A stretch of 64,000 nucleotides of DNA from Acidobacteriota bacterium (lineage in GTDB: Bacteria > Acidobacteriota > Blastocatellia > Pyrinomonadales > Pyrinomonadaceae). The notes under the pieces were generated by a model, which searched no databases, was not told the DNA's origin, and was given only the letters and a program-made list of their open reading frames with translations. Both the position numbers and the translations under genes were made by a program. Location of the stretch: positions 94,797 through 158,796 of the forward strand of contig JBGTSR010000013.1 in NCBI GenBank assembly GCA_041940165.1. Direction: 5' to 3'. The first letter of the stretch is position 1; the number at the start of each line of letters is the position of its first letter. Positions 26,023 through 36,700 of this stretch are shown here, piece by piece.

Positions 26023-28362
26023 CTAGTTGCGACCCACGCGTCGATCACTCGGTGCCGTGGCCGTAAGATCGAAGGTCGATCCGATACCGAGTTCGAGCGA
26101 GTCCTTCCCTGTGATCAAAACGCTTCCTGCACCCGCGCCGGCTCCAACGCCGGCACCGATCGCAGCACCGTCACCGCCGCCTGCGATAGCACCGATGATC
26201 GCGCCAAGGACGGCACCTATACCGGCCCGCGTCACGGTTTTAGTGGTTTGACTATCGTCTCTGATAGCCCCTTCGTTATTAACCGAAATAGAATCACCAT
26301 TTTCGGCTCGAACAGCATCAATGATCCCGCCAAAGCGATACGACCTGCCATCCACGCGGATCGAATCGAACGTGATCGACATATTCGCACGACCGGTAAA
26401 GCGGCCCGAGCGTTCTGCTTCGACGATGCGGCCTTCGATCACAGCATTGCGGTACTGATTTGGCGAAGTAACCGTCAGCAACACGCGATCGCCGATCTGC
26501 GAAGCTTTCGTACTGACAGCCGTATTCAACTGTGCGGTCATTCGCGTACCGTTCGGCACGTAAAAATCGCCCAGCGAGCCCGTGTTGTTTTCCCAAGTTG
26601 GCCCGGCGTTCACTGCACTCCAGTCAGCCTGCGCGCTGATCTTGTCGTAAACACTCGTGGTCGTTATCGTGTCGTTGCGACCCTCAAGAAAGAGCCGACG
26701 CGTGACCGTCATCTGATTCGTGCCTGAAGGCGTGAACGTCAGGTAGTAGTCGTTCACGCGGTCGCCGGTGTGGTCGATCCTTAGTCCATACCGATCGAGC
26801 GTAGCGGTCGTCGTGACCGAACGTCCACGGTTATTGGTCTCGGTACTTCCGACACCATTCGCCTGAAAGCTCGCTCGCTGCGAATTACTGGTCGCCATCG
26901 TGACACTCGTACCCGAAGTATCGAACGCGATCATTTCGGGCGAAGCGAGCCGGCGTTCGAGATTGCGCCGAATATTTTCACGCTGCGCACTCGAATAATC
27001 GCCGATCGAGCGGTCGATCACCGTCGAGACATTGTCACTACGGCTGCGATTCAGTCGGTACGTGCCTTCGATCGTGGCGTAATCAGTCCAACCGCCGGTG
27101 CCCGGCATCGGGTCGTTCCAATTCCAGGCGACTCGGTAATAGCCCGCAAGCCGGTCGAGATCGCTCCGGATCGAGCCCCACTGCGTTTCCGCCGGCCGCG
27201 TAAATGTGTTCGCCGTCATAAAGCGGTCGATGTACGCTCCGCGTGAAAGCACTTCGCGAGCGTCCTGCTCGGTCGCCCGGCGTGTATTGAAACGGTTCGA
27301 CAGTTCGTCCGTCGCGCGCTCAAATTCAGCGATGTAGCCGGTGATCTCATTACGCTTTTCCCGGTCCTGGCGGTATAGAGCCGTGGTCATCCGCGCACGG
27401 AAGGTATTCGTATTCCGCTCGATGCGGTCGACGAGTTTTCTGAATTCCGAATCATTGATCGTCGGATAAGTCGGGTTACCGGCGATCGGGCCGAGGTCCG
27501 GATTGTCCCATGACCAGCTTACGCGGTAGTAGCTAGCAAGCCGGTCGAGGTCGTTGCGAACGAGTCGCCACTGATTCTCAGCTGGTCTCGCAAAAGCATT
27601 TGAGGTCATGTAACGGTCGATGTAGGCCCCTCGTGAAAGGACTTCGCGAGCGTCAGTTTCAGTCGCACGCCTCGAATTATAACGGCTTGCCAGTTCGTCG
27701 GTAGCACGTTCAAATTCGGCAATGTAGCCGTTTATCTCTTCGCGGCGGTCGCGATCCTGACGGAATAGAGCGGTCGTCATCCTCGAACGAAAGGTGTTGG
27801 TATTACGCTCGATGCGATCGACCAAAGCTCGAAATTGGGCATCGTTGATCGTCGGATACGTCGGATTCCCGCCGATCGGTGCCGGGATCGGACTATCCCA
27901 AGACCAGGTCATACGGTAATAGCCAGCCAGTGTGTTCAGATCGTTGCGAATCAGCGTCCACTGGGATTCGGCCTGATTGTTTAGCCGATTTCTCAGCATA
28001 AACGAGTTGATGAGCCTGGCCTTTTCAAAGACGTCGTTGACCTCACCGGTGATCACCGTCCTGCTGCCGACGCGAACCCGCAGAGTATCCGTTGCATTCT
28101 CAAAATCTGAGATCAGGTCCATGATCCTGTCCTCTCGATTCTCGGAACGCCGATCGTTATTATTAAAAGTCCGCTGCATCGTTGACTTATAGGTGTCGGT
28201 CCGGTTCTCGATCCGGTTCAGCAGCGTTTGTGCCTGTCGAGTGCTTACATATAGTCGTGGACTCTGCGCAATTGCCGTTGCCGCACCCAGGACCAAGAGC
28301 GCCGAAACGGCGAGCACGAGTCTATAAATCGAATAATGTCTATAACTTGCAATAGTTTGCAT
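26023..28362 (-). CDS. secreted repeat protein: three ~130-aa helical repeats, a beta-rich region and a C-terminal glycine zipper
   Basis: Signal peptide. Repeats lie at about 27847-28263, 27457-27846 and 27097-27456; the last two are highly similar at protein and DNA level. C-terminal GIGAVLGAIIGAIAGGGDGAAIGAGVGAGAGAG. Confidence 0.8.
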   Translation of the reverse strand: MQTIASYRHYSIYRLVLAVSALLVLGAATAIAQSPRLYVSTRQAQTLLNRIENRTDTYKSTMQRTFNNNDRRSENREDRIMDLISDFENATDTLRVRVGSRTVITGEVNDVFEKARLINSFMLRNRLNNQAESQWTLIRNDLNTLAGYYRMTWSWDSPIPAPIGGNPTYPTINDAQFRALVDRIERNTNTFRSRMTTALFRQDRDRREEINGYIAEFERATDELASRYNSRRATETDAREVLSRGAYIDRYMTSNAFARPAENQWRLVRNDLDRLASYYRVSWSWDNPDLGPIAGNPTYPTINDSEFRKLVDRIERNTNTFRARMTTALYRQDREKRNEITGYIAEFERATDELSNRFNTRRATEQDAREVLSRGAYIDRFMTANTFTRPAETQWGSIRSDLDRLAGYYRVAWNWNDPMPGTGGWTDYATIEGTYRLNRSRSDNVSTVIDRSIGDYSSAQRENIRRNLERRLASPEMIAFDTSGTSVTMATSNSQRASFQANGVGSTETNNRGRSVTTTATLDRYGLRIDHTGDRVNDYYLTFTPSGTNQMTVTRRLFLEGRNDTITTTSVYDKISAQADWSAVNAGPTWENNTGSLGDFYVPNGTRMTAQLNTAVSTKASQIGDRVLLTVTSPNQYRNAVIEGRIVEAERSGRFTGRANMSITFDSIRVDGRSYRFGGIIDAVRAENGDSISVNNEGAIRDDSQTTKTVTRAGIGAVLGAIIGAIAGGGDGAAIGAGVGAGAGAGSVLITGKDSLELGIGSTFDLTATAPSDRRVGRN

Positions 28363-28580
28363 ATCGTCCTCCTTTGTCTCGTCTTCCCGAAATTTTAGAA
28401 GGGGAGAGTGTTCGTCGCCGAAGCGGAAAGACCCCGTACTTCGGCCATTGACTCGAGTCTATCGAGGTGAAGAGGAACGGTCTGTCGGTTTGAATACATT
28501 GTCTATCGGCTCCCTTCCCTGAAAATTGGACGAGTAGGAGTTTCGTGTTTCAATCGAGCTGAACTATTCTTGCGAGTGTT

Positions 28581-29150
28581 ATGCGTCGACTTCTCTCATG
28601 CGCGTCATTGCTCCTCCTTTTATTAGTACAGGTCTCCTCGCAAACTTCGGACGACGCTTACCTGACTTGGACAGCTCAGCAAGCGGAGAGGATAGCTAAG
28701 AGCACTCGAGAGAATGGAAAAGCAGGCGGCAATTTTGACCTTCGGGTCATCAGCACAAATAAGGCGATCAACTATGGCTTGCGGGCAACTCTCATGACTC
28801 CCGAAGTCATTCGGGCGACGGCTCGATATACTCAGATCCGAGAGCGCCTTACGGAAGTCGAGGTTAAGTCGCTCGTCGAGCAGGCGGAAGCCGCTGGAGA
28901 TCTGGTCGTGATGATCGAGATAAATCCGAACGAAGGTTCTGGCGTAGTCCCGCTTAACTGGAAAGCCTTCCTACAGCCAAAAGGCCTGCCGGCTGGCTCG
29001 CCGGGTACGGTTTCAGGAAAGCAGGCTCCACATTTTCGAAAGGCTCCTCTTTTATCCGGTCTCCACGGCCGGAACTATGAATATGATGTTTTTTGGGTCG
29101 TTTTTCCGCTAGTCGGTGAAGATCGTAAACCTCTGATCGATCCGAGCTAG
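28581..29150 (+). CDS. hypothetical secreted protein
   Basis: Signal peptide (LLSCASLLLLLLVQVSSQ). No motif recognised. Confidence 0.55.
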   Translation: MRRLLSCASLLLLLLVQVSSQTSDDAYLTWTAQQAERIAKSTRENGKAGGNFDLRVISTNKAINYGLRATLMTPEVIRATARYTQIRERLTEVEVKSLVEQAEAAGDLVVMIEINPNEGSGVVPLNWKAFLQPKGLPAGSPGTVSGKQAPHFRKAPLLSGLHGRNYEYDVFWVVFPLVGEDRKPLIDPS

Positions 29151-29264
29151 AACGAAATTCAGTTGATTGTTCGAATCTATAACTCGGAGGGACGGATCTC
29201 GTGGAAGATGCCTTCATCTGTAAGGGATAAAATACTGCGGCTCTCAAAATAGCCAGGACTACTT

Positions 29265-29828
29265 ATGAAAATACTACTTCTGATCGCCACACTAACCGCA
29301 AGCATTGTGACTGTCACGGCTCAAGATAAAGAGTCCGAGTCTGGTCCGCTGCAGTACAAACTTCTAGCTACGACCCGCACGTCGACGATGCAGAAAGAGG
29401 TAAACGAGGCGGCGGACCAGGGCTATCGGATCGTAGTAGGTGCGCCAACGAGTGGCTCCGAGATGGCAATGTTCCTGTCGCGCGACGCGACACCGACCGA
29501 TCCATACAAATACAAGCTTCTCGCGACCACTCGGACCGGAACAATGCAGAAAGAGTTAAATGAGCTTGCCGATCAAGGCTATCGACTGATTCCGAGTACG
29601 ATAATTGCGAAGAAGCAACTTCTGGGTGGCGTCGAGATCGTACTCTTAATGGAGCGACCTCCGAAGGCCGTACGTGAGTTCGAATATAAGCTACTCGCGA
29701 CGAATCGAACGTCAACCATGCAAAAGGAAGTTACGGAAGCAAAAGAGGCGGGTTTCCTTGTAGTGGGCATGATCAGCCGGGACGAGCACATCGTTGTGAT
29801 GGAGCGTGAGCGAACTAAAATACCCTAG
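29265..29828 (+). CDS. secreted protein with three ~50-aa YKLLATxRTxTMQKE repeats
   Basis: Signal peptide, then three copies of YKLLAT(T/N)RT(S/G)TMQKE(V/L)xExxxxG(Y/F). Confidence 0.7.
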   Translation: MKILLLIATLTASIVTVTAQDKESESGPLQYKLLATTRTSTMQKEVNEAADQGYRIVVGAPTSGSEMAMFLSRDATPTDPYKYKLLATTRTGTMQKELNELADQGYRLIPSTIIAKKQLLGGVEIVLLMERPPKAVREFEYKLLATNRTSTMQKEVTEAKEAGFLVVGMISRDEHIVVMERERTKIP

Positions 29829-29883
29829 GTTCTATGGCGACCTGCATTTCTGTAATTAACACTGACTCGACCTCGGCTCTAAG

Positions 29884-30078
29884 TCATGTAACGCCATTGT
29901 CAGCTCTTTCAGTGAAAAAGCAATTAGAACAATAGCGTAGATTTTCGCTCGTATTCTCGGAAGTAAAAACAATACCTAGGCGATCGAGAATATCCCTCTC
30001 GTCCTCGGTCATTTCCGACCATGACTTCATGGTGAGGCCGCCGCATCGCGGGCAGATTTTTTCGCTTCTGTGAATCAT
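29884..30078 (-). CDS. small zinc-ribbon protein (64 aa)
   Basis: CPRC...(about 42 aa)...CSNC, i.e. two CxxC pairs. Short ORF, so confidence is only moderate. Confidence 0.45.
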   Translation of the reverse strand: MIHRSEKICPRCGGLTMKSWSEMTEDERDILDRLGIVFTSENTSENLRYCSNCFFTERADNGVT

Positions 30079-30137
30079 TTGCTATAATCCGTGCGTACCA
30101 AAACAGTCCAATATTACCGCCTTTCGAATAACTTAAG

Positions 30138-32954
30138 ATGAATTTTCGATCTCTGCCGTTCGTTCTTTGTCTCGTAATCGTTCAAGTTGGCTTTGCCTTC
30201 GCTCAGCAACCGGAAAAGAAATTTGAATTCTACGAACGCGGCCCGTATCGCGAAAACGTGCCGCGGCCGCAGTCGATCCTGCGGTTCGATGTCGGCGAGC
30301 ACCATACGACCTACGCTCAGATGGAGCAGGTCATCGACGCGATTGCCAAGGCCGCGCCTGACCGCGTCAAGATCTTCGACATTGGTACGACGAACGAGCA
30401 CCGAATGCAGCATCTTGTCGCGATCTCGTCGCCTGAGAATATGGCACGGCTGGACGAGATCAAGGCGCAGAACGCCCGGCTAGTCGACCCTCGACGCACG
30501 ACCGCTGCCGAAGCGAACTCGATAGCTCAGTCGAATCCGGCGATCGCCTGGATGGCGTACACGATCCACGGCAACGAATCTTCGTCGTTCGAAGCTTTTA
30601 TGCAGGTGATCTATCAGCTCGCCGCTTCGAACGAACCGGCGACGCTCGATATCCTGAAAAACACTGTCGTGCTAGTACTTACGGGCGAGAATCCAGATGG
30701 TCATGAGCGCTTCGCGACTTGGTTTAACAGCGTCTCGACGGCTTCACCAGACCGATTTGCGATCGAGAAACGGGAGCCCTGGGCGATCTGGGGCCGTGTC
30801 AGCCACTACCGTTTTAACCTCAATCGCGACACTCTCGCGTTCACGCAGAAAGAGAGCCGCAACATGCAAAAGGCCTATATGGAGTGGAACGCTCAGGTCG
30901 CGGTCGATCATCATGGCCAGCCCGAACAGTATTTCTTCCCGCCCGTAGCGTTGCCGATCAACCCAAACCTGCCGCAGCCGCAGTACAACAAATGGCTCGA
31001 TGTTTACGGCAGAGCTAACGCCGCTGCGTTCGACAAGAACAAGTGGGATTACTACGTACGCGACATTTTTGACGCGTTCTATCCTGGCTATTGGGACATG
31101 TATCCGTCGCTAAACGGTGCGTCGGGTATGACTTACGAGACCGACGGCGGCGGGCCCAAAGGCATCAACTACACCCGCGAAGACGGCACGATCGTCACGT
31201 TCCGCTCGTCGATCGCCAAGCATTACGTTGCCTCAATGACCACGCTCGAGACGACGGCGAAGAACAAGGTCGACCGCATCAAGGATTTCTATGACTTCCG
31301 CGCGAAAGGTATGGCCGATCACGCCCGTTCCAAACTAAAGCGGATCGTCATCGAGCCGACGAGCGACCGCGTCAAAGCCGCCGATCTGGTCGAGATCCTG
31401 AGGCTCTCGAACATCGAGGTCAAGGTCGCTTCGCAGCCGTTCACGTCGAACACAGCACACAGCTACATCACCGAAAAGAACGCTCCGGCTGCCGCCAAGA
31501 CATTCCCCGCCGGCTCGTACATCGTCGATCTCGACCAACCGCAACGTATCTTTGCCAAAGCCATTCTCGAACAGGATACGCCGCAGGATAAGGCGTTTGT
31601 TGAAGACAACATGGCACGTTTTCGCCGTAATCAGATGCGTGGCAAAGGGCAACCGAAAGAGCAGTATGGTTTCTACGATATCACCGCGTGGTCGCTGCCG
31701 CTTGGCTTTGGCCTGAACGCGTGGTGGACCGAGGAGAACGCGAACGTTCCCCATACGATGGTAGACGCCGCGCATATCGAGAATGCTCGCCGCGGCAGCG
31801 TGTCGGGCCGTGCATCGATCGCCTATATCATTCCGTATGAAACGGATACGACGATGGCGATGGTGCTGCGTTTGCTCCAAAAGGACTACAAAGTCGCCGT
31901 CGCAAACCGTCAACTTAATGCCGGCGGCCGCAACTGGCCGGCGGGAACGTTCGTGATCCGCGTTTCGCGAAACCCCGAATCCATCCACGACACGCTCGCC
32001 GAAAACGCCCGCGAAATGGGTGTGCGAGTTACGGCAGTCAACTCTGGCTACTCCGAAGAGGGCGACACAAGTGTCGGCGGTGAGTACGTCAATTCCCTTC
32101 GCATGCCGAAGATCGCGGTAGCCGCGGACGAAGGCGTGACACAGGAATCGTACGGCTCGATCTGGTGGACATTTGACCGCTGGGGCATCAAGTTCACGCC
32201 GATGACGATCGCGAATATTCGCGGCGGCGGCCTCAAGAATTACAACGTGCTGATCCTGCCCGAAGGCTCGCCGGGACGCTACATGAGCAACTTCGGTGCG
32301 GGCGGGGTTTCGGCCCTGAAAGAATTTGCCTCTGGCGGCGGCAACATCATCACGATCAGCGGAGCGTCTGTATTTGCTGCATTGAAGGACGTTGGGCTTT
32401 CGAGCACTAAGCTCGTAGGCAGCGAGGACGACGAGCAAAAGGGTAAGGCTGACGCGTCAGCATCGCCGTCGCCGGCCGCTTCGCCCTCACCCAAGCCGAC
32501 CGATACTCCGGCCGAAATGGTTACGGATCAGACCGATGGCATCGCTCCGGTCCTGCCTCCGGTCGCATCGCCTTCGGCCGATGCCAATAAAGTTCCCGAA
32601 GGCCTTCCGGGAGCTATTTTCCGGGCCACCGTCGACCGAACGACCTACTTGAATTACGGCGTTCACCAGAACGAACTGCCCGTACTCATCGCCAGCGGCT
32701 ACTTCTTCCGCTATTCGAAAGAAGGCACGAATGCACTCGTTTTCGACGCAAATCCGAAGCGTCCGCTGACTATTTCAGGCTTCGTCTGGGAAGGAAACAC
32801 CGAGCGTCTACTCAAAGGAACGTCGTACATCATCGACGAATCCGTGGGCGGCGGCCGCGTCATCCTGTTTGCCGAAGATCCCTTCTACCGAGGCATGACA
32901 AGGGCAACGACACGCCAATTCCTGAACGCGATCGCCTTTGGCGGGATGTTCTAG
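30138..32954 (+). CDS. large secreted M14-family zinc carboxypeptidase-like protein
   Basis: Signal peptide, HGNESSS (HxxE zinc site), NPDGHE motif, and a low-complexity SPSP linker near the C-terminal third. Confidence 0.85.
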   Translation: MNFRSLPFVLCLVIVQVGFAFAQQPEKKFEFYERGPYRENVPRPQSILRFDVGEHHTTYAQMEQVIDAIAKAAPDRVKIFDIGTTNEHRMQHLVAISSPENMARLDEIKAQNARLVDPRRTTAAEANSIAQSNPAIAWMAYTIHGNESSSFEAFMQVIYQLAASNEPATLDILKNTVVLVLTGENPDGHERFATWFNSVSTASPDRFAIEKREPWAIWGRVSHYRFNLNRDTLAFTQKESRNMQKAYMEWNAQVAVDHHGQPEQYFFPPVALPINPNLPQPQYNKWLDVYGRANAAAFDKNKWDYYVRDIFDAFYPGYWDMYPSLNGASGMTYETDGGGPKGINYTREDGTIVTFRSSIAKHYVASMTTLETTAKNKVDRIKDFYDFRAKGMADHARSKLKRIVIEPTSDRVKAADLVEILRLSNIEVKVASQPFTSNTAHSYITEKNAPAAAKTFPAGSYIVDLDQPQRIFAKAILEQDTPQDKAFVEDNMARFRRNQMRGKGQPKEQYGFYDITAWSLPLGFGLNAWWTEENANVPHTMVDAAHIENARRGSVSGRASIAYIIPYETDTTMAMVLRLLQKDYKVAVANRQLNAGGRNWPAGTFVIRVSRNPESIHDTLAENAREMGVRVTAVNSGYSEEGDTSVGGEYVNSLRMPKIAVAADEGVTQESYGSIWWTFDRWGIKFTPMTIANIRGGGLKNYNVLILPEGSPGRYMSNFGAGGVSALKEFASGGGNIITISGASVFAALKDVGLSSTKLVGSEDDEQKGKADASASPSPAASPSPKPTDTPAEMVTDQTDGIAPVLPPVASPSADANKVPEGLPGAIFRATVDRTTYLNYGVHQNELPVLIASGYFFRYSKEGTNALVFDANPKRPLTISGFVWEGNTERLLKGTSYIIDESVGGGRVILFAEDPFYRGMTRATTRQFLNAIAFGGMF

Positions 32955-32994
32955 ACGAGGAAGTCTACGAAGGTAGCGTTGTTAGCGCCGTTTT

Positions 32995-33495
32995 ATGTTT
33001 ACAGTTAAGGGCTCGTTTTCCGACCAATTTGAGATCTCGGCGCCGATAGAGGCTGTCCGCGATCTCTTCGGCGATATAAAGAGCTTTGCCGAGCTGATGC
33101 CCGGTGTGTCCAAGGCACATCGAGACGCTCAGGGCGTCGGGCATCTGACGATCGACGCCGAAATCCCAGTCGTGGGAACCATGACGCAGCGGTTCGCGAT
33201 CGAGCCGATCGAAGAGGCCGACGATCGCATAGAATGGGCCCCGCAGCAGGGCGAGACGCAGAATTTTCTCCGATACACCGCCGACCTGATGAGCGTCGGA
33301 GCGGCCAAGACTCTCGTCCGATTCGCACAGGCTGTCGAACTCCGCCGCGAACGGGCCCGTGACTTTCACTTCCTCGCGGGCATGGCCGGTGAATCCCTGA
33401 TCAGCAACGAAATGTCCCGGCGCTTCGCCGAAATGGCCAGCAGCTTTATCTCCCGAGCCAAGCAGCGCCTTGAAACGGGGTTCTTGTCCCGCTGA
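32995..33495 (+). CDS. SRPBCC-fold (CoxG/polyketide-cyclase-like) protein
   Basis: 166 aa with a pattern typical of small SRPBCC ligand-binding proteins. Assignment is tentative. Confidence 0.55.
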   Translation: MFTVKGSFSDQFEISAPIEAVRDLFGDIKSFAELMPGVSKAHRDAQGVGHLTIDAEIPVVGTMTQRFAIEPIEEADDRIEWAPQQGETQNFLRYTADLMSVGAAKTLVRFAQAVELRRERARDFHFLAGMAGESLISNEMSRRFAEMASSFISRAKQRLETGFLSR

Positions 33496-33790
33496 TCGCC
33501 GGCGTCCAAATGTCAGGGGAAGAAGCATGCATAGGACCGGTAACGGGGCCCGATCCCACCCGACAACCAATGGCGATGCGGCTTTCGGCTACGCTCTGCT
33601 CGATCAAAAATGTGAGTCGGCGTGTTTTTTAAGTAATCCGAAAAAAATTCTCGGCAAAAACGTGCGACTATGCAATACTTGTCGAAATCAAAGAAGTTAT
33701 TGATCTAAAGCTCTCCCTCCAGAGCTTGTCTACGACCCGTCGTTTCCCGCCGAAGAGTGGGCGTACGACTCTAACTATCTGGGAGATCAA

Positions 33791-36700
33791 ATGCCGAAGC
33801 GACGCGTCCGAATCGTTCTGCCGCTACTTTCACGAACAGCCCTCGTGGCGATCCTGCTGGCCATCGCCGTCGTCGCGGTGTATTTATCGCCGTTACGAAC
33901 TCAGATAGTTGCTGCGTTCGCCCGAGAAGTCATAGGCCAAGAGGCTCGTGTCTTGCCGCATCAGGAGCCGACGCCGCCGCGATCGGAGAACGGTGAGGAT
34001 CGTCCCGAAGCGACGTTTACGGTTTCAAATACGAATGACTCCGGTCCGGGTTCGCTGCGGCAAGCGATACTGGATGCAAACGCCGCCGCCGGTGCCGATA
34101 CGATCAACATAACCACAACCGGAACGATCAACCTCGCCAGCGCCTTGCCGGACGTGACACAGTCCACAACCATAACGGGGCCGGGGTCGAATTCCCTGAC
34201 GATCCGGAGAAATACGGGCGGCGACTATCGTGTGCTCGGATTTTCCGGTGCTAACACCTCGTCCATTTCCGGCGTAACCATCTCTAACGGGAATGTAACG
34301 GGCGACGGCGGCGGTATTTTTAGCTCGCAAACGCTGACGATTACGAATTGTACGATCTCCGGAAACACCGCAACTGGTTTCGGCGGTGGGATCGAAAACG
34401 CGGGCACCTTGACCGTTGATCGAAGCACGATCTCGGGAAACACGTCTTTGATAAATCAATCTGGCGGCGGGATCGACAATCTTGGAACGCTGACGGTCCG
34501 CAGTTCAACGATCAGCGGGAATTCGGCCACCTCGGTAAACACCGGTGGAGGAATTTTTTCGTTTGGCGGGACGGTTTCGATCGTCAATTCGACGATCACG
34601 AACAATCAGTCGAACGCGACCGGCGGGGCGGGTGGCGTCAAGGCCGAGAATACCACCGTTACGATCAAAAACAGTATCGTCGCGGCCAATCAATCCAATA
34701 CGACGATACCGGACACGTCGACGGCGGGATCAGGATCGTTCGTGTCGAACGGCTTTAATCTGATCGGCAATCGCGGCGCCGTGACATTTGGCGGGACTTC
34801 GGACCAGAGCGGAACGTCGACACCATTAAATCCGCTCCTTAGTGCGCTCGGCAACAACGGTGATACGACGCAAACACACGCTCTGCTCGGCGGCAGTCCC
34901 GCTCTTGATAAGGGAAGCAACGCCGGTTCCGGCGTGGCGACGGATCAGACCGGCTTCACGAGAACGGTCGATCTCGGCATAGCAAACGCCTCAGGCGGCG
35001 ACGGGACAGATATCGGAGCGGTCGAGATGGCTTCGATACCGAACTGTACGCAGACGCCGGGCGCGATCAGCTTTGGCCAGACGATAAACGGCACTTTGGC
35101 TGCGGGCGATTGCCATTTTAACGTCGTCGCGCCGGCAACCGCAGGAAACTCGGGAGCTCTGTACGATGCCTACACCTTTAGCGGGACCGCAGGCCAGCAG
35201 GTCGCGATCGCGATGACCTCGCCGGCCGGGCCCGCGAACTTTGACACCGTATTGAGGCTATACCAGGGCAGTTTCCCGGGCGGCACCTTCGTAACGGAAA
35301 ATGACGATATCGATGGAGGCAATAACCGAAATTCCCGGATCCCCGTCAACGGCTTCTTCACCCTCCCGTCGACTGCTACCTACACGATCATCGCCAATGC
35401 TTTCTTTGTAGAGCCTACTGGGGCCGGAATCTATTCGCTTAATCTGACGCTCGGCGACTCGACCGCGCCGACGGCGAGCGGAACTGCTCCTAACGTTACG
35501 ACAGCGGGGGCTACGTTGCACACGGCGACGGTTGTTTACACGGACAATGTTGCGATCAATGCCAGCACGGTCGGGATCGGAGATATCAGGATCACCGGGC
35601 CGAACGGATTTGATGTGGCGACAGATTTTCAAAACGTAACGCCGGGCGGCAACGGAACACCGCGAACGGCAAATTACCCTTTCCCCGTACCCGGTGGTTG
35701 GACCTTTGCGAAAAACGGTACGTACAACATCGTCATGCAGACGAATCAGGTCGCGGACACATCGGGCAACTTCGTCGCGGCGGGGACGATCGGGACGTTT
35801 ACGGTAAATATCCCGGCGAGCCCGCAGACGTTCATCGTCACCAATCTAAACAACGACGGCCCGGGCAGCCTGCGTCAGGCGATCCTTGACGCCAACGCCA
35901 ACAGCCCCGCCGCCGATACGATCAATTTCCAGGCGGGATTGAACGGCACGATCTTGTTGACGACGGGGGAACTCGTGATCACCGATGGCGTGACGATCAA
36001 TGGTCCGGGAGCAAGTGTGGTTACAGTCTCGGGTGGAAACGCCAGCAGGATCTTTCGCACAGTCGGTGGTGTGACCGCAAGTATGAACGGCCTTACCTTA
36101 ACCGCCGGGAACGGTGTCGGCGGTTTCGTCAACAATGCGGGAAGCGCCATTTTGAATCAAGGAATATTGAACATATCAAATGCAGTTCTTACAGGTAACA
36201 ACGCACCCTCAAGTGCGGGAACGATCAACTCGCTGGGCACACTAACCTTGACCAATTCCACTATATCTAACAACAGCACCGCATTTGCCGGCGGAGCTAT
36301 TTTCAGCCTTGGCGGTAATATCACAATCGTCAGTTCTGCTGTCACGACCAATACAACAAACGGACTGAGCGGCGGATCTACAAGTGGAGGAATCGCCGTC
36401 CGAGGTGGCTCGCTGACTATTCGTAATTCAACTATCAGTGGAAACACGGCCCCTAACAACGATCAGAATGGTGGCGGTATTCGAGTGGATGATAATTCGA
36501 ACCTTACGATAATCAACAGTACCGTCACTAATAACTCAGCAGCCGGAGTAAGCAGCGCGAGCGGAATTAGTGTTGACGCGACATCGACCGCGACAATACG
36601 AAACACAATAGTCGCGGGAAATCAGAATAGCTCTACACAACCCGACGTGGTCGCCGCCGGTACTGTCACGTCCAATGGGTTCAATCTTATTGGCAATCGG

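Noticed and set aside
29148-29246. The in-frame TAG that ends the 28581-29150 gene is followed by 32 more sense codons (NEIQLIVRIYNSEGRISWKMPSSVRDKILRLSK), suggesting readthrough or a recent nonsense mutation.
   Set aside because: An open run of about 32 codons after a stop is not improbable by chance, and I have no homologue to show that a longer form exists.
36150-36700. AT-richer patches inside the giant gene (also near 37880-38300 and 39330-39700) that could suggest horizontally acquired mosaic segments.
   Set aside because: The patches coincide with the beta-helix turns rich in Asn, Ser, Thr and Ile, whose codons are intrinsically AT-richer. Amino-acid composition explains the shift.
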